From: an uncultured Clostridia bacterium
GTDB lineage: Bacteria; Bacillota; Clostridia; Christensenellales; UBA1242
Length of the DNA stretch: 64,000 bases
Direction: 5' to 3'
NCBI GenBank assembly: GCA_944349375.1
Contig: CALVMV010000004.1
Coordinates: forward strand, 44,178-108,177
Shown: positions 8,163 through 17,399 of the stretch, one piece after another
Position numbering within the stretch: position 1 is the first letter of the stretch
Layout: each line of letters opens with the position of its first letter
Made by a program: the position numbers and the translations under genes
The notes under the pieces: generated by a model
What the model saw: only the letters and a program-made list of their open reading frames with translations
Told to the model about the DNA's origin: nothing
Database searches by the model: none

Positions 8163-8186
8163 AAAACGCGTTTGTTGACGCGTTTT
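8163..8186. terminator. Bidirectional intrinsic terminator
   Basis: AAAACGCGT (8163-8171) pairs with ACGCGTTTT (8178-8186) around a 6-nt loop. It lies immediately downstream of tilS and of the + strand frame. Confidence 0.6.
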
Positions 8187-9518
8187 TTATTTTTTTACTT
8201 CAATCATGTATGCTGTTGGCACATTATCAACTCTTGCTTTTTCAGAAATTTCAACTCCTGCTATCGCATACACTTCATTTCCATCTGCTAAAACTGGTAA
8301 GAGATTTCTTTGTCTAAGTGGTATTTTTTTGTCTATTAAATATGATTTAAGTTTCTTTGTTCCACCACCAAACTTTTCAAAAACATCTCCATCTTTTCTA
8401 AATCTCCAAATTGCTGTTTTAGGAACTTTTCTATAATCTAAGAATAGCACTCCATCTTTAGGTTCAAAATCTTTAACTCTTTTTGTTATAACTTTCCCAA
8501 ATCCCTCGACATCAAATTCGCCACACTTAAAAGGCTCGTTCAAAACCATTTCTTCTTTATTTTTGTTAGTAATAGAAATATAGTAGTACTCTTTAACTGC
8601 TGTAGCATTAAATGGCAAGGATACTTTTTTCCCATTCTCTAAGTTTTGTGCTAGATCCAAAATCATGTCAAAATGCTTTCTTTCAATATCCTTTGTTATA
8701 CCAATAGATTTGAATGCTTTAAAAAGTATTCTTGTTATAATTGGTCTATCATACAAAAAGTAACTTGTTGGTATTTTTACTTCATCGCCTTCAATTATAA
8801 TTGCATCATCATAAATGTTTTTGTTGATATATTCATCATCTTCACTTACAGCTTGCCCAAAAGATGCTATTGACTTTATAGCATTTGGCCACCTAGTCAA
8901 AACATTTTTCATAATAACATTTCTAACAAAATTTCGGTTATAAGTTATATCGACATTAGTTTCATCTTCTCTATAATCAAGGTTGTTTTCATCAAGATAT
9001 TGCAAAATTTCTTCTTTTGATGTTGTTAGCATAGGCCTTATGTAAACATTATCTCTTATAGGTTCCATTCCTTTTGCCCCTGCGACACCACTACCTCTAA
9101 AAATATGCATTAATATTGTTTCTGCCTGATCTTGCATATGATGAGCAAGTGCAATTTTGTCAACAACTCCCTTTTTTAATAATGTTTTGAACACGCCATA
9201 TCTGGCATCTCTTGCAGCAGTTTCAATACTTACATTTTTTTCTTTAGCTATTTTAGGTGCATCAACTCTAAACTTATAGAACCTAATCCCAAGTTCTTTT
9301 GCTTTTTCTTTTGCAAAATCAGCATCTATATAACTATTTTCTCTAATGCCATGGTCGATATGAATTGCAACAACTTCAATATCAAGTTTTTGCATATTAT
9401 TTGCTAAATAGTGTAAAAGAGCCATAGAATCACTACCACCGCTAAATCCTACGCCTATAACATCTCCTGCCGAAATCATATTTGTTTTTTGTATAAATTT
9501 TTCAATACTTTCAAGCAT
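8187..9518 (-). CDS. tilS: tRNA(Ile)-lysidine synthetase
   Basis: PP-loop motif SGGSDSMALL near the N-terminus. The 443-aa length and TilS-type C-terminal domain fit. Confidence 0.9.
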   Translation of the reverse strand: MLESIEKFIQKTNMISAGDVIGVGFSGGSDSMALLHYLANNMQKLDIEVVAIHIDHGIRENSYIDADFAKEKAKELGIRFYKFRVDAPKIAKEKNVSIETAARDARYGVFKTLLKKGVVDKIALAHHMQDQAETILMHIFRGSGVAGAKGMEPIRDNVYIRPMLTTSKEEILQYLDENNLDYREDETNVDITYNRNFVRNVIMKNVLTRWPNAIKSIASFGQAVSEDDEYINKNIYDDAIIIEGDEVKIPTSYFLYDRPIITRILFKAFKSIGITKDIERKHFDMILDLAQNLENGKKVSLPFNATAVKEYYYISITNKNKEEMVLNEPFKCGEFDVEGFGKVITKRVKDFEPKDGVLFLDYRKVPKTAIWRFRKDGDVFEKFGGGTKKLKSYLIDKKIPLRQRNLLPVLADGNEVYAIAGVEISEKARVDNVPTAYMIEVKK

Positions 9519-9646
9519 AATTATTTCCTGCCTTTTTTATTTGTTTTATTATTATACAATATAAAAATTTTATAGGCAATACTAATTTTAGAAAAATTTA
9601 TAATTTTTTTATAATTTTTAACATTTTTTCTTAATATTTTCTAGTT

Positions 9647-11923
9647 TTAAAAGATTTTGACTACAATACAAGTCATATCATCTACAGCATATCCATTATT
9701 ATTTGCCAATGCTCTGTCTATAATTGCTTGTGCGTATTCCTGTGGATTTGTGGTTTTAATGGTCAATAAAAAGTCTTTATAATCACTATCGCTTCCAAAA
9801 GCATCATTAACACCATCACTTGAAATAATGATAAAATCTTTTTCAGAAAGAACAACTTTTTTTATAAGTGGTTTCGCTTCTTGAATAACTCCTATAGGTA
9901 ATGCTCCGCTTTCTAAAATCTCGCAACCATCTTCTCTCCTTACAAATGAAGATGTTGCTCCCATTTTTACAAAATCAGCAAGTCCACTTTTTAAGTCAAC
10001 AACGCATATATCAATAGTAGAAAACATTTCGTCCTTTTCCAAATTTAAAAGTTTATTTACTGATGACAAAATAGTTTCATTGTCAAAGCCTGCTTTATAA
10101 AAATTCTCTACCAATCCAATCGCTGTTTCTGATTTTTCCCTTGCCTCGTTTCCGCTTCCCATTCCGTCACAAATCGCAAACATGAATTTTTCGCCGTCAA
10201 GTCTTTCAATGCTATGACAATCTCCAGATAATGAAGAACCTGATTTATTTTGTTGAGCTATACCAAATATACAATCAAATCTAGGGGCTGTCTTTAAATT
10301 TACTGTTGTCAAACCTGCTTTAACAGAAGGATAAATTTCATAAATAGACATTTTGTTTCCGCAAATTTTTGAAACGACACTTTGCAATTTGGTTTTTTCT
10401 ACATCTTCATCTCTAACGACAAGGGAAGTTACCATCGTTCTAGCATTTTTGTCATAAACTACTGCATCTGAACAGGCGATATTATTGAAAGCGAGTTCAT
10501 CTATCAGCTTATTCTCCTTGCTATTATCAAATGAAACAATTGGCTCTACTTCGTTTGCAAGTTCTTTCATTAGTCCTGCCATTCCAAATAATTGATCAGA
10601 AATTAAAAGTTTGCTAGTATCAACATTTCCAACTAGTTGTCTATAGTTTTTATATTGATTTGTCAAAGTGTTTATCTCACTTATTAACATATTTGCTCTT
10701 CCACATCTAGAAGATAGATAGCTCGGCAAGTCTAAAATTGTGATTTTTCCTTTTTCAAGAGCTATTGTAATCATTTCTTCAAAAACTTTTTTCGTATCAT
10801 TTGAAAAAGTTCTGTGGCAATGCTTTTCTTCTGGGCAATTTTTACAAATAGAATTACAGATTTCCCCATAAAGCATTTCTTTTACTTGCTCTGGGCTCAT
10901 TTCCGATTTAATTAATTTTTTAAACACACTATTCATTTCAAAAAAAACTTCAGACAAGTTTTCAAGCCTTCTATGTAAGATTTCTCTATTTCTATTAATC
11001 AAGTTTTTAACTGCTAGTTTTTGAGAACCACTAGAGAAAAGACAAGAAATTTCATCATAACATTTTTTAGGAATAAGATAAAATATCAAACTACCTATTA
11101 AAACGGGCAAAATCTCTATTATACCGAAGGAATAATAAAACTGGAAGTAGAACCCACATACCAACTCTGACAATACAAGAGCTATTAGTGAGAATATCCT
11201 TTGTTGCGTTTTGAAGATACCTGCACACATGGCCCAAATAATTAATGGAGCAAAATAAACTGGATTATTTGAACATACCGTGCTACCAAATGCAATCAAA
11301 GAAGCTATTAATAAAGAAGACTTAGCTGAGGATATGTAAACCGATGCAAGAATCATAAAACTAGCAAAAAGTTTTAGAAATGAAAAGTTATAAATATTAA
11401 AGTTATTTAGTCCCGAAGAAAATGCCGTAAGAATTATACACGAACAAATAATTTCAAAATTTGAAAATTTAAAGGCTGTCCCCCTTAATAGTAAAGGTTC
11501 GAAAAAAGAAATACAAATGAAACAAAATAAAAGTCCGGTGATTATATTAACAACGATTAATGCGGGATTAATTCCATTCAATGCCTGAAAACAAATTGTT
11601 GCTGTTTGGCTAATAACTGCACACACAAAGAGTTCCCACTTTTTCATACCTTTTTTACACATTACATGAATATAATACGGGAATATTAAAACAAAGATTG
11701 TAACTAAAGCACAAATCCCATTCACTACGCTAAAATTAACAACCATAGCACCTATCAAATAAGCAGGAGCTAATATCCATACCTTCTGATTTGCCCAAGC
11801 TAGTGCAAATAACATAGAGAATGCAAAAGGATATATTAATCCACCGATTGAAGCAAGATTTAATACATAAAATAAAATAATAAACCCTAAAAATTCAGAA
11901 AAATAAAAAAGTTTTGTTCTCAT
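9647..11923 (-). CDS. spoIIE: Stage II sporulation protein E (membrane-anchored PP2C phosphatase)
   Basis: A polytopic hydrophobic region of about 300 aa at the N-terminus, a central domain, and a C-terminal PP2C domain (ICDGMGSG, SSDGVNDAF, DDMTCIVV). The position next to tilS matches Bacillus. Confidence 0.85.
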   Translation of the reverse strand: MRTKLFYFSEFLGFIILFYVLNLASIGGLIYPFAFSMLFALAWANQKVWILAPAYLIGAMVVNFSVVNGICALVTIFVLIFPYYIHVMCKKGMKKWELFVCAVISQTATICFQALNGINPALIVVNIITGLLFCFICISFFEPLLLRGTAFKFSNFEIICSCIILTAFSSGLNNFNIYNFSFLKLFASFMILASVYISSAKSSLLIASLIAFGSTVCSNNPVYFAPLIIWAMCAGIFKTQQRIFSLIALVLSELVCGFYFQFYYSFGIIEILPVLIGSLIFYLIPKKCYDEISCLFSSGSQKLAVKNLINRNREILHRRLENLSEVFFEMNSVFKKLIKSEMSPEQVKEMLYGEICNSICKNCPEEKHCHRTFSNDTKKVFEEMITIALEKGKITILDLPSYLSSRCGRANMLISEINTLTNQYKNYRQLVGNVDTSKLLISDQLFGMAGLMKELANEVEPIVSFDNSKENKLIDELAFNNIACSDAVVYDKNARTMVTSLVVRDEDVEKTKLQSVVSKICGNKMSIYEIYPSVKAGLTTVNLKTAPRFDCIFGIAQQNKSGSSLSGDCHSIERLDGEKFMFAICDGMGSGNEAREKSETAIGLVENFYKAGFDNETILSSVNKLLNLEKDEMFSTIDICVVDLKSGLADFVKMGATSSFVRREDGCEILESGALPIGVIQEAKPLIKKVVLSEKDFIIISSDGVNDAFGSDSDYKDFLLTIKTTNPQEYAQAIIDRALANNNGYAVDDMTCIVVKIF

Positions 11924-12020
11924 AATTTCTCCACGAAATTATTATAAAAATATTAAAAAAAAGGGCATAGTCCTATTTTGTCGGACTTTGCCACCATTTT
12001 ACAAAAATTGTCAAAAAAGT

Positions 12021-12569
12021 TTATTTTCTCGAATCTAATATTTCGCAAATTTTATTTATAGTTTTTTCTAAAACAATGTTGTCTATAATATAATCATAAT
12101 CATTTTTAAATTTTCTTTCAAAAGGCGCTCTTGATAATCTTAAGGCAATATCTTCATCTTTGTCGCCTCTTAAAATCAATCTTCTTTTTAACTCATCATC
12201 TGGGACTTCTAAAAATATTGAAATAATTTTGTCTTTATCAAAATGGTTTCGTAATTTTTTATTGCCTTTCACATCTATATCTCTGATATAGTCATTAATT
12301 TCATCTTTTTCTATTTTTTCAATTTCTTCTTTTAATATTCCCCTATAATTTCCATGCACTAATTCATACTCAAATAATAAATTATTTTCTATTGCTTTCT
12401 TAAATTGTTGTGTAGTTATAAATTTATATGTTCCTCTTTCTTCTTCATTTTCTCTTGGTTGTCTATTGGTGACTGATGGAAAAATTTTTAAATTTTTTCT
12501 TTCTTTTAACAATCTATCAATTACAGTATTTTTCCCACTACCTGAAACTCCTGATATAACAATTAACAT
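12021..12569 (-). CDS. gmk: Guanylate kinase family protein
   Basis: P-loop GVSGSGKNT, TNRQPRENE (compare TTRxPRxGE), and YELVHGNYRG. Start set to the ATG at 12569 after AAGGAGAT. The longer track start would overlap cwlD. Confidence 0.6.
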   Translation of the reverse strand: MLIVISGVSGSGKNTVIDRLLKERKNLKIFPSVTNRQPRENEEERGTYKFITTQQFKKAIENNLLFEYELVHGNYRGILKEEIEKIEKDEINDYIRDIDVKGNKKLRNHFDKDKIISIFLEVPDDELKRRLILRGDKDEDIALRLSRAPFERKFKNDYDYIIDNIVLEKTINKICEILDSRK

Positions 12570-12624
12570 GAAAATCTCCTTAAAAAAGGATAACAAATTT
12601 TTAATAAAAAGTAAAATATTTAAA

Positions 12625-13314
12625 TTACATTTCAAAATAATTTATTACGCCTGCTAGAATACTGTAACAAAAATTTTTTCTATATTCTTCTGTCTGTAAA
12701 AGTTTTTCTTCTTCAGGATTTGACAAAAATCCACATTCTACTAAAATAGCCGGAATGTTTGAATAATTTAAAACAAAATAATCCCCAACTGTTACATAAT
12801 CTCTAGCGCTTTCAAAACTTTTACTTAAACTATTTTGAATGCTTTTTGCAAGATTAAAGCCCTGCTCTGAACCTTTTGCATAAAAAACCTGTGCACCTTC
12901 ACTAGAAGACAAAGGAAAAGAATTCATATGCAAACTTATCACTAAATCAGCATTGCTATTATTTATAATGTTTTTTCTTTTTTCCATTTCACTTTTTTTC
13001 TTATTAGAAGCACTTTCATCATAAAGCCCATCCATTGTGCTTCTTGTTAAAACAACATCAAACCCAAATTGCTCACAAGCTTCTTTTAGGCATAGTGCAT
13101 ATTGTAAATTTAATACACTTTCACTAATCCCTGTAGTTTTCCCAACAGCCCCTCCATCTCGACCACCATGCCCCGCGTCAATGACAATAGAGTATTCTGG
13201 TTTTGGTGATGCTGTCGCCTTAACTGCAAAGCAAGCCCCCACCACCGAACAAATCAAAATTATACTTACTAAAATAACACACAACGTCCGCTTTTTTATT
13301 GTTAAGAATTTCAT
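12625..13314 (-). CDS. cwlD: N-acetylmuramoyl-L-alanine amidase, CwlD-like (Amidase_3), membrane-anchored
   Basis: N-terminal hydrophobic anchor, VIDAGHGGRDGGAVG, LVISLHMNS, and LVECGFLSNPEE. See the finding on the chimeric 5' end. Confidence 0.8.
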   Translation of the reverse strand: MKFLTIKKRTLCVILVSIILICSVVGACFAVKATASPKPEYSIVIDAGHGGRDGGAVGKTTGISESVLNLQYALCLKEACEQFGFDVVLTRSTMDGLYDESASNKKKSEMEKRKNIINNSNADLVISLHMNSFPLSSSEGAQVFYAKGSEQGFNLAKSIQNSLSKSFESARDYVTVGDYFVLNYSNIPAILVECGFLSNPEEEKLLQTEEYRKNFCYSILAGVINYFEM

Positions 13315-13437
13315 ATTGTATTTTATTAAACAAAAATTTTTTATATAACAAAATTAAAAAAAGATGTCACAAAATATTGAAAACTCAAAATTTCAATGTT
13401 AATCTCTTTTTGTTTAAAAAATAAAAGGAGAATTAAT

Positions 13438-14175
13438 ATGATATATAACGAACAACTTGATTCGCTTTTTTCTAATACAGAAAGCACAACTGATTATGAA
13501 GAAGAAAAGCGAAAAAAGAAACAAAAACTTGTGAGGAATGAATTTGTAAAATGTGGAAAATATGGAATGCCGCTAATCAAGAAACAAAATATAGATTTAA
13601 ATAAGATTGAGTTATTAAGTTATTTAAAAACAAAAAATGATGATGAAGAAAACAAAAATAAAACAATTCATTTTTTCACTTATGATTGGAATTTTGAAGC
13701 AGTCTATGAAAAACCCGAACAATCACTTGAAAAACTAGACCAATATTATGCTTTGCTTACTCCTGAATTTAGCACATATAAGGATATGCCACTTGCTAGA
13801 CAAATAGATAGTGTTTTCAAAAATCGATGGTGCGGTGCTTTTTGGCAAAAACAAGGTATGCTTGTAATTCCAACAATTTCATGGGGTTCATATGATTGCT
13901 TTGAATTCTTTTGCGATGGTGTTGAAGAAGGTTCAGTTGTGGCGGTATCAACCTACACAAGAGAAGATAACAAAAAAGGTTTTATGGAAGGCTATGAAAT
14001 TATGATGGAAAAAATTAAGCCAAGTGCAATTATCTGCTATGGAACACCTTTTGATGAAATGAAAGGAAATATTAAAGCAATCGACCCATATAACCGAGAA
14101 GAACTTATCAAAAAAATTGGATTAAGTGAGTTTACTAGAAAATATTTTGCTGGCGAACTTTATCCGGAAATATAG
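13438..14175 (+). CDS. DUF4417-like protein
   Basis: Pattern HFFTYDWNFE...LLTPEFSTYKDMPLARQIDSVFKNRWCGAFWQKQGMLVIPTISWG is recalled as the DUF4417 signature. Start set to the ATG at 13438 after AAAGGAG. Confidence 0.6.
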   Translation: MIYNEQLDSLFSNTESTTDYEEEKRKKKQKLVRNEFVKCGKYGMPLIKKQNIDLNKIELLSYLKTKNDDEENKNKTIHFFTYDWNFEAVYEKPEQSLEKLDQYYALLTPEFSTYKDMPLARQIDSVFKNRWCGAFWQKQGMLVIPTISWGSYDCFEFFCDGVEEGSVVAVSTYTREDNKKGFMEGYEIMMEKIKPSAIICYGTPFDEMKGNIKAIDPYNREELIKKIGLSEFTRKYFAGELYPEI

Positions 14176-14184
14176 GAGCAAATT

Positions 14185-15003
14185 ATGGAAGATTTAAAAC
14201 TAACTATAAACATGCTCCCAAAAGGAGCTTGGAACAACGATTTCAGCAAAACGCTATCTAAAAAAGATTGGGATAAACTCCGCGAATTTGCACTTAAAAG
14301 AACAAATGGAAAGTGTGAAATATGCGGTTATGAAACAAGCGACCTTGATGTTCATGAAGAATGGGAATTTGATATTGAAAAGAAAACGCAAACTTTAAAA
14401 CAAATTATTGCGATTTGTTCAAAGTGCCACGGAGTTAAACATTTCAAAAACTCTGTTAGACTTGGCTATGGCGAAGAAGCACAAGAGCATTTTATGAACG
14501 TTAACAATGCTTCGGAAATGGAATTTGCAAGTCATCTCAACAAGTCATTGCTTGAATATAATGAAAGAAATTCAGTTTATCGCTGGAAGATAGTCGCAGA
14601 TTTAGAAAAATTTGGCGGAAACGGAATAGAAATAAAGCAAAACAATATTCCCCTAATAAAAAATCCGTATGAAAGTGTGGAGTGGGACAAACTGTCATTT
14701 GATGACATGAAAAATTTGTTTGAAATAAAAAGAAATGAAAACTTGATAGGCTCTCCGAAAATTGTTTCTATTGATGTTGACAATTATCAAGGCATTATTC
14801 AAATCAAAGCATTATTTGCTGACAGGATTGAATGGTATTTAGATGAGAAAAAAATAAAAACAAACTATAATACCGCTGGTCTATTCACAACTGAACTGAA
14901 AGTAAAAAACTTAATCGGCAAGAATATAAAATTCAAACTTACTGGCATAGGTGGAGAAACAATCTCAAAATACTTTGAAATTTTGCCACAGGAGGTGTTA
15001 TAA
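14185..15003 (+). CDS. HNH-type nuclease-like protein with an uncharacterised C-terminal domain
   Basis: CEICG...LDVHEEW...ICSKCHGVKH follows the CxxC / D-x-H / CxxCH..H arrangement of HNH zinc fingers. Confidence 0.5.
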   Translation: MEDLKLTINMLPKGAWNNDFSKTLSKKDWDKLREFALKRTNGKCEICGYETSDLDVHEEWEFDIEKKTQTLKQIIAICSKCHGVKHFKNSVRLGYGEEAQEHFMNVNNASEMEFASHLNKSLLEYNERNSVYRWKIVADLEKFGGNGIEIKQNNIPLIKNPYESVEWDKLSFDDMKNLFEIKRNENLIGSPKIVSIDVDNYQGIIQIKALFADRIEWYLDEKKIKTNYNTAGLFTTELKVKNLIGKNIKFKLTGIGGETISKYFEILPQEVL

Positions 15004-15299
15004 TGGGTATGTGTAAACCAAGTGGCGGAATCAGTAAGCAAATAGGAAGAGTAGGTGATCTAAAAACCACTGGAGAACCAAACACTAGAAAAGATTTATA
15101 TAACGAAGATGGTAAACTCATACAGCAAAGATGGTATGGTTCAGATGGAAACGCGATTTGGGACCGGGATTGGTCTCATGGAGGTGGAGAACACGAATGG
15201 CCACATGATCATAGTTGGGATTGGACTAATCCGCAACACCCAGATAGACCTGCATATGAAGACGAATATGGGAATAAAACAAATTCTAGTTATTGTTAA
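15003..15299 (+). CDS. Small His/Trp/Asp-rich protein with YD-like dipeptide repeats (possible orphan toxin module)
   Basis: Its start overlaps the upstream stop (TAATG). Features include LYNEDGKLIQQRWYGSDGNAIWDRDW and HEWPHDHSWDW. No signal peptide. Confidence 0.45.
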   Translation: MGMCKPSGGISKQIGRVGDLKTTGEPNTRKDLYNEDGKLIQQRWYGSDGNAIWDRDWSHGGGEHEWPHDHSWDWTNPQHPDRPAYEDEYGNKTNSSYC

Positions 15300-15310
15300 A
15301 AGGAGATATT

Positions 15311-15778
15311 ATGAAAAACAAAAGTATTTACGATGAAATTTTTGATAAACCATGCTCAGTTTGTGGCAAGATTATTAAAAAAGATATTTATGATCAAGGT
15401 TCCTGTCCTTATTGTAAATGGAAAAATAACCATTTTGCCGAGATAAATCCAAATAATGTGTTGTATCCCAACCTAATCTCACTAAATAAAGCAAGAAAAT
15501 TATATAACGAAGGCAAGCCTTTTGAGCCTAATCTAGACGAATTTATGGAAGCTTTGCACAATTATAGCGAAACGCAATTTGAATATAAAGGAGTTTACTA
15601 TGCTGTTGAACTTGTTTTTAATAATAACAGCGAACCAAAAATCAGTCTTTATAATTCTCAAACAAAAGAAACAACATTTTTCAACAATGATGAAGATTTT
15701 ATAAACAATGCTAAAATTGATGGTAAACTTTTAAAAGATATATGGGAAGAAACAACTGATAGATATTGGTTACAATAA
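15311..15778 (+). CDS. CPCC-type zinc-ribbon protein, paralog 1 (immunity-like)
   Basis: CSVCG...CPYCKW followed by the NLISLNKARKLY... domain shared with the next two genes. The ATG at 15311 follows AAGGAG. Confidence 0.6.
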   Translation: MKNKSIYDEIFDKPCSVCGKIIKKDIYDQGSCPYCKWKNNHFAEINPNNVLYPNLISLNKARKLYNEGKPFEPNLDEFMEALHNYSETQFEYKGVYYAVELVFNNNSEPKISLYNSQTKETTFFNNDEDFINNAKIDGKLLKDIWEETTDRYWLQ

Positions 15779-15788
15779 CAGGGTAAAA

Positions 15789-16244
15789 ATGAAAAATAAA
15801 AATATATATGATAAAATATTTGAAAAAAAATGCAATGTTTGTGGAAAAACTCTACTTGCTAGCAAAACAGGAAATGGGGAATGTCCTCATTGTGGCTGGT
15901 ATAACAATAGACTTGGAGAAATTAACGAGAATATGGTAATTTTCCCCAACTTAGTTTCACTAAACAAAGCAAAAAAATTATATAAAGAAAATAGGCTTAT
16001 AAAGCCTGACTTAAATGACTTTCTTGAAGCATTCGAGTTTTATGGCGAAACAGGATTTGAATATAAAAACCTAATGTTCTGTCTATTTAGACATGGCGAC
16101 AATGGAATTGAAATGGGTTGGGGACCAAACGATGATGAAGTTGCATATTTCAAAGACAAGGAAGATTTTATCAAAAACGCAAAGATAGACAATGAATATG
16201 TCCGAGATATTTGGAATAAAGTTGAAAATCCTTGCTATTTATAA
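15789..16244 (+). CDS. CPCC-type zinc-ribbon protein, paralog 2 (immunity-like)
   Basis: CNVCG...CPHCGW plus the shared C-terminal domain. The last 65 nt are nearly identical to the 3' end of paralog 3. Confidence 0.6.
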   Translation: MKNKNIYDKIFEKKCNVCGKTLLASKTGNGECPHCGWYNNRLGEINENMVIFPNLVSLNKAKKLYKENRLIKPDLNDFLEAFEFYGETGFEYKNLMFCLFRHGDNGIEMGWGPNDDEVAYFKDKEDFIKNAKIDNEYVRDIWNKVENPCYL

Positions 16245-16292
16245 AAACTAAAAATGTTTGTTTGTGCGGAAAAAATATGATATAATTTAATT

Positions 16293-17315
16293 ATGAAAAG
16301 AACAGTCAAAAATTTAAACAATATATATGAACCTGTATTTAAAAATGTTGATAAGATGACAAAATTCCTAAGCAAGAATTGTGTTGACCATGCATTAGAT
16401 TTTCATTATGGGCACAGAATCAAAATTGGCAATCAATCTACAAACGAATTATACCCAATTCCACTTTTTCGCTTTAAACTGAAAGGAATAAAAACAGAGA
16501 CTTTTTTTGATGTCTATACGAACAAAAACTATATTGGCTATATCAAACTTTATCCAAACAAAGAAGAGATTTTATCTCTTAATTTGGAAGTTTTTGCAAA
16601 TCTCAAATATCTTATATATGGTTATAATTATCAACAAGAACTTTATAACTCTGAAGATTTAAAAGAAACAAAAAACAATATCGAAAAATCAAAAGATACA
16701 AAATTTATTATCTATGCCGACTTTAAAAATCTTGAACAAATTTTTAGTGTAATAGAAAGTCTTACAGAAAAACCAACTCAAAGATTTTCAATGGCAAACT
16801 ATAAATGCAACTGCGGACATTATGTAACAATTGAATCATACAACGGCACTTGCCCAGTTTGTGGAAGGGACGGCCCATTTAAAAGAAAATACAAAACAAA
16901 ATGCCCTGTGTGTAAAGCAAATTGTTTAAAAGACCAATATGGAAATGGTGAGTGTGAAAACTGTGGTTGGAAATTGGATAAATACGCACATAAATTTAAA
17001 AACAGAGTTGTTTATACAAACCTAATCTCATTAAATAAAGCGAAAAAATTATATAAAGAAAATAAACCTATGAAACCCGATTTAGACGATTTTCTTGAAG
17101 CGTTTGAACATTATAGTGAAACAGGATTTGAATATAAAAATGTTGGTTTTTCCTTATTTAGAAATGGCGAGAATGGCATTGAATTTAGTTGGGGTCCTGA
17201 GCCATGTGGCACAATATATTTCAAAGATAAAGAAGACTTTATTCAAAACGCCAAGATAGACAATGAATATGTCCGAGATATTTGGGAGAAAGTTGAAAAT
17301 CCTTGCTATTTATAA
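16293..17315 (+). CDS. CPCC-type zinc-ribbon protein, paralog 3, with an extra N-terminal domain of about 190 aa and additional Cys pairs
   Basis: The C-terminal 140 aa align with paralogs 1 and 2 (CENCGW...NLISLNKAKKLYKENKP...IDNEYVRDIWEKVENPCYL). Confidence 0.6.
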   Translation: MKRTVKNLNNIYEPVFKNVDKMTKFLSKNCVDHALDFHYGHRIKIGNQSTNELYPIPLFRFKLKGIKTETFFDVYTNKNYIGYIKLYPNKEEILSLNLEVFANLKYLIYGYNYQQELYNSEDLKETKNNIEKSKDTKFIIYADFKNLEQIFSVIESLTEKPTQRFSMANYKCNCGHYVTIESYNGTCPVCGRDGPFKRKYKTKCPVCKANCLKDQYGNGECENCGWKLDKYAHKFKNRVVYTNLISLNKAKKLYKENKPMKPDLDDFLEAFEHYSETGFEYKNVGFSLFRNGENGIEFSWGPEPCGTIYFKDKEDFIQNAKIDNEYVRDIWEKVENPCYL

Positions 17316-17326
17316 AATAAAAAATT

Positions 17327-17355
17327 AAGCATATCAACCGATATGCTTTTTTTTA
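17327..17355 (+). terminator. Intrinsic terminator of the cargo operon
   Basis: AAGCATATC (17327-17335) pairs with GATATGCTT (17340-17348), followed by a T-run. Confidence 0.7.
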
Positions 17356-17399
17356 CACTTATAAAATATGTGTCTTTTTTCTATTAAAATTTTAAAAAC

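Noticed and set aside
11924-12020. Possible 0A boxes upstream of spoIIE (TGTCGGA, TGTCAAA)
   Set aside because: Each has a mismatch to TGTCGAA, and such heptamers are common by chance, so they are too weak to report as features.
12570-12635. Long N-terminal extension of the guanylate-kinase-like ORF overlapping the cwlD 3' end
   Set aside because: The internal ATG at 12569 has a proper AAGGAG RBS and places the P-loop at the normal distance from the N-terminus. The extension is hydrophobic and not part of the kinase fold.
15109-15336. 75-aa alternative-frame ORF overlapping 15003-15299 and the start of 15311-15778
   Set aside because: It overlaps two better-supported genes that each have an RBS or translational coupling, and it has no RBS of its own.
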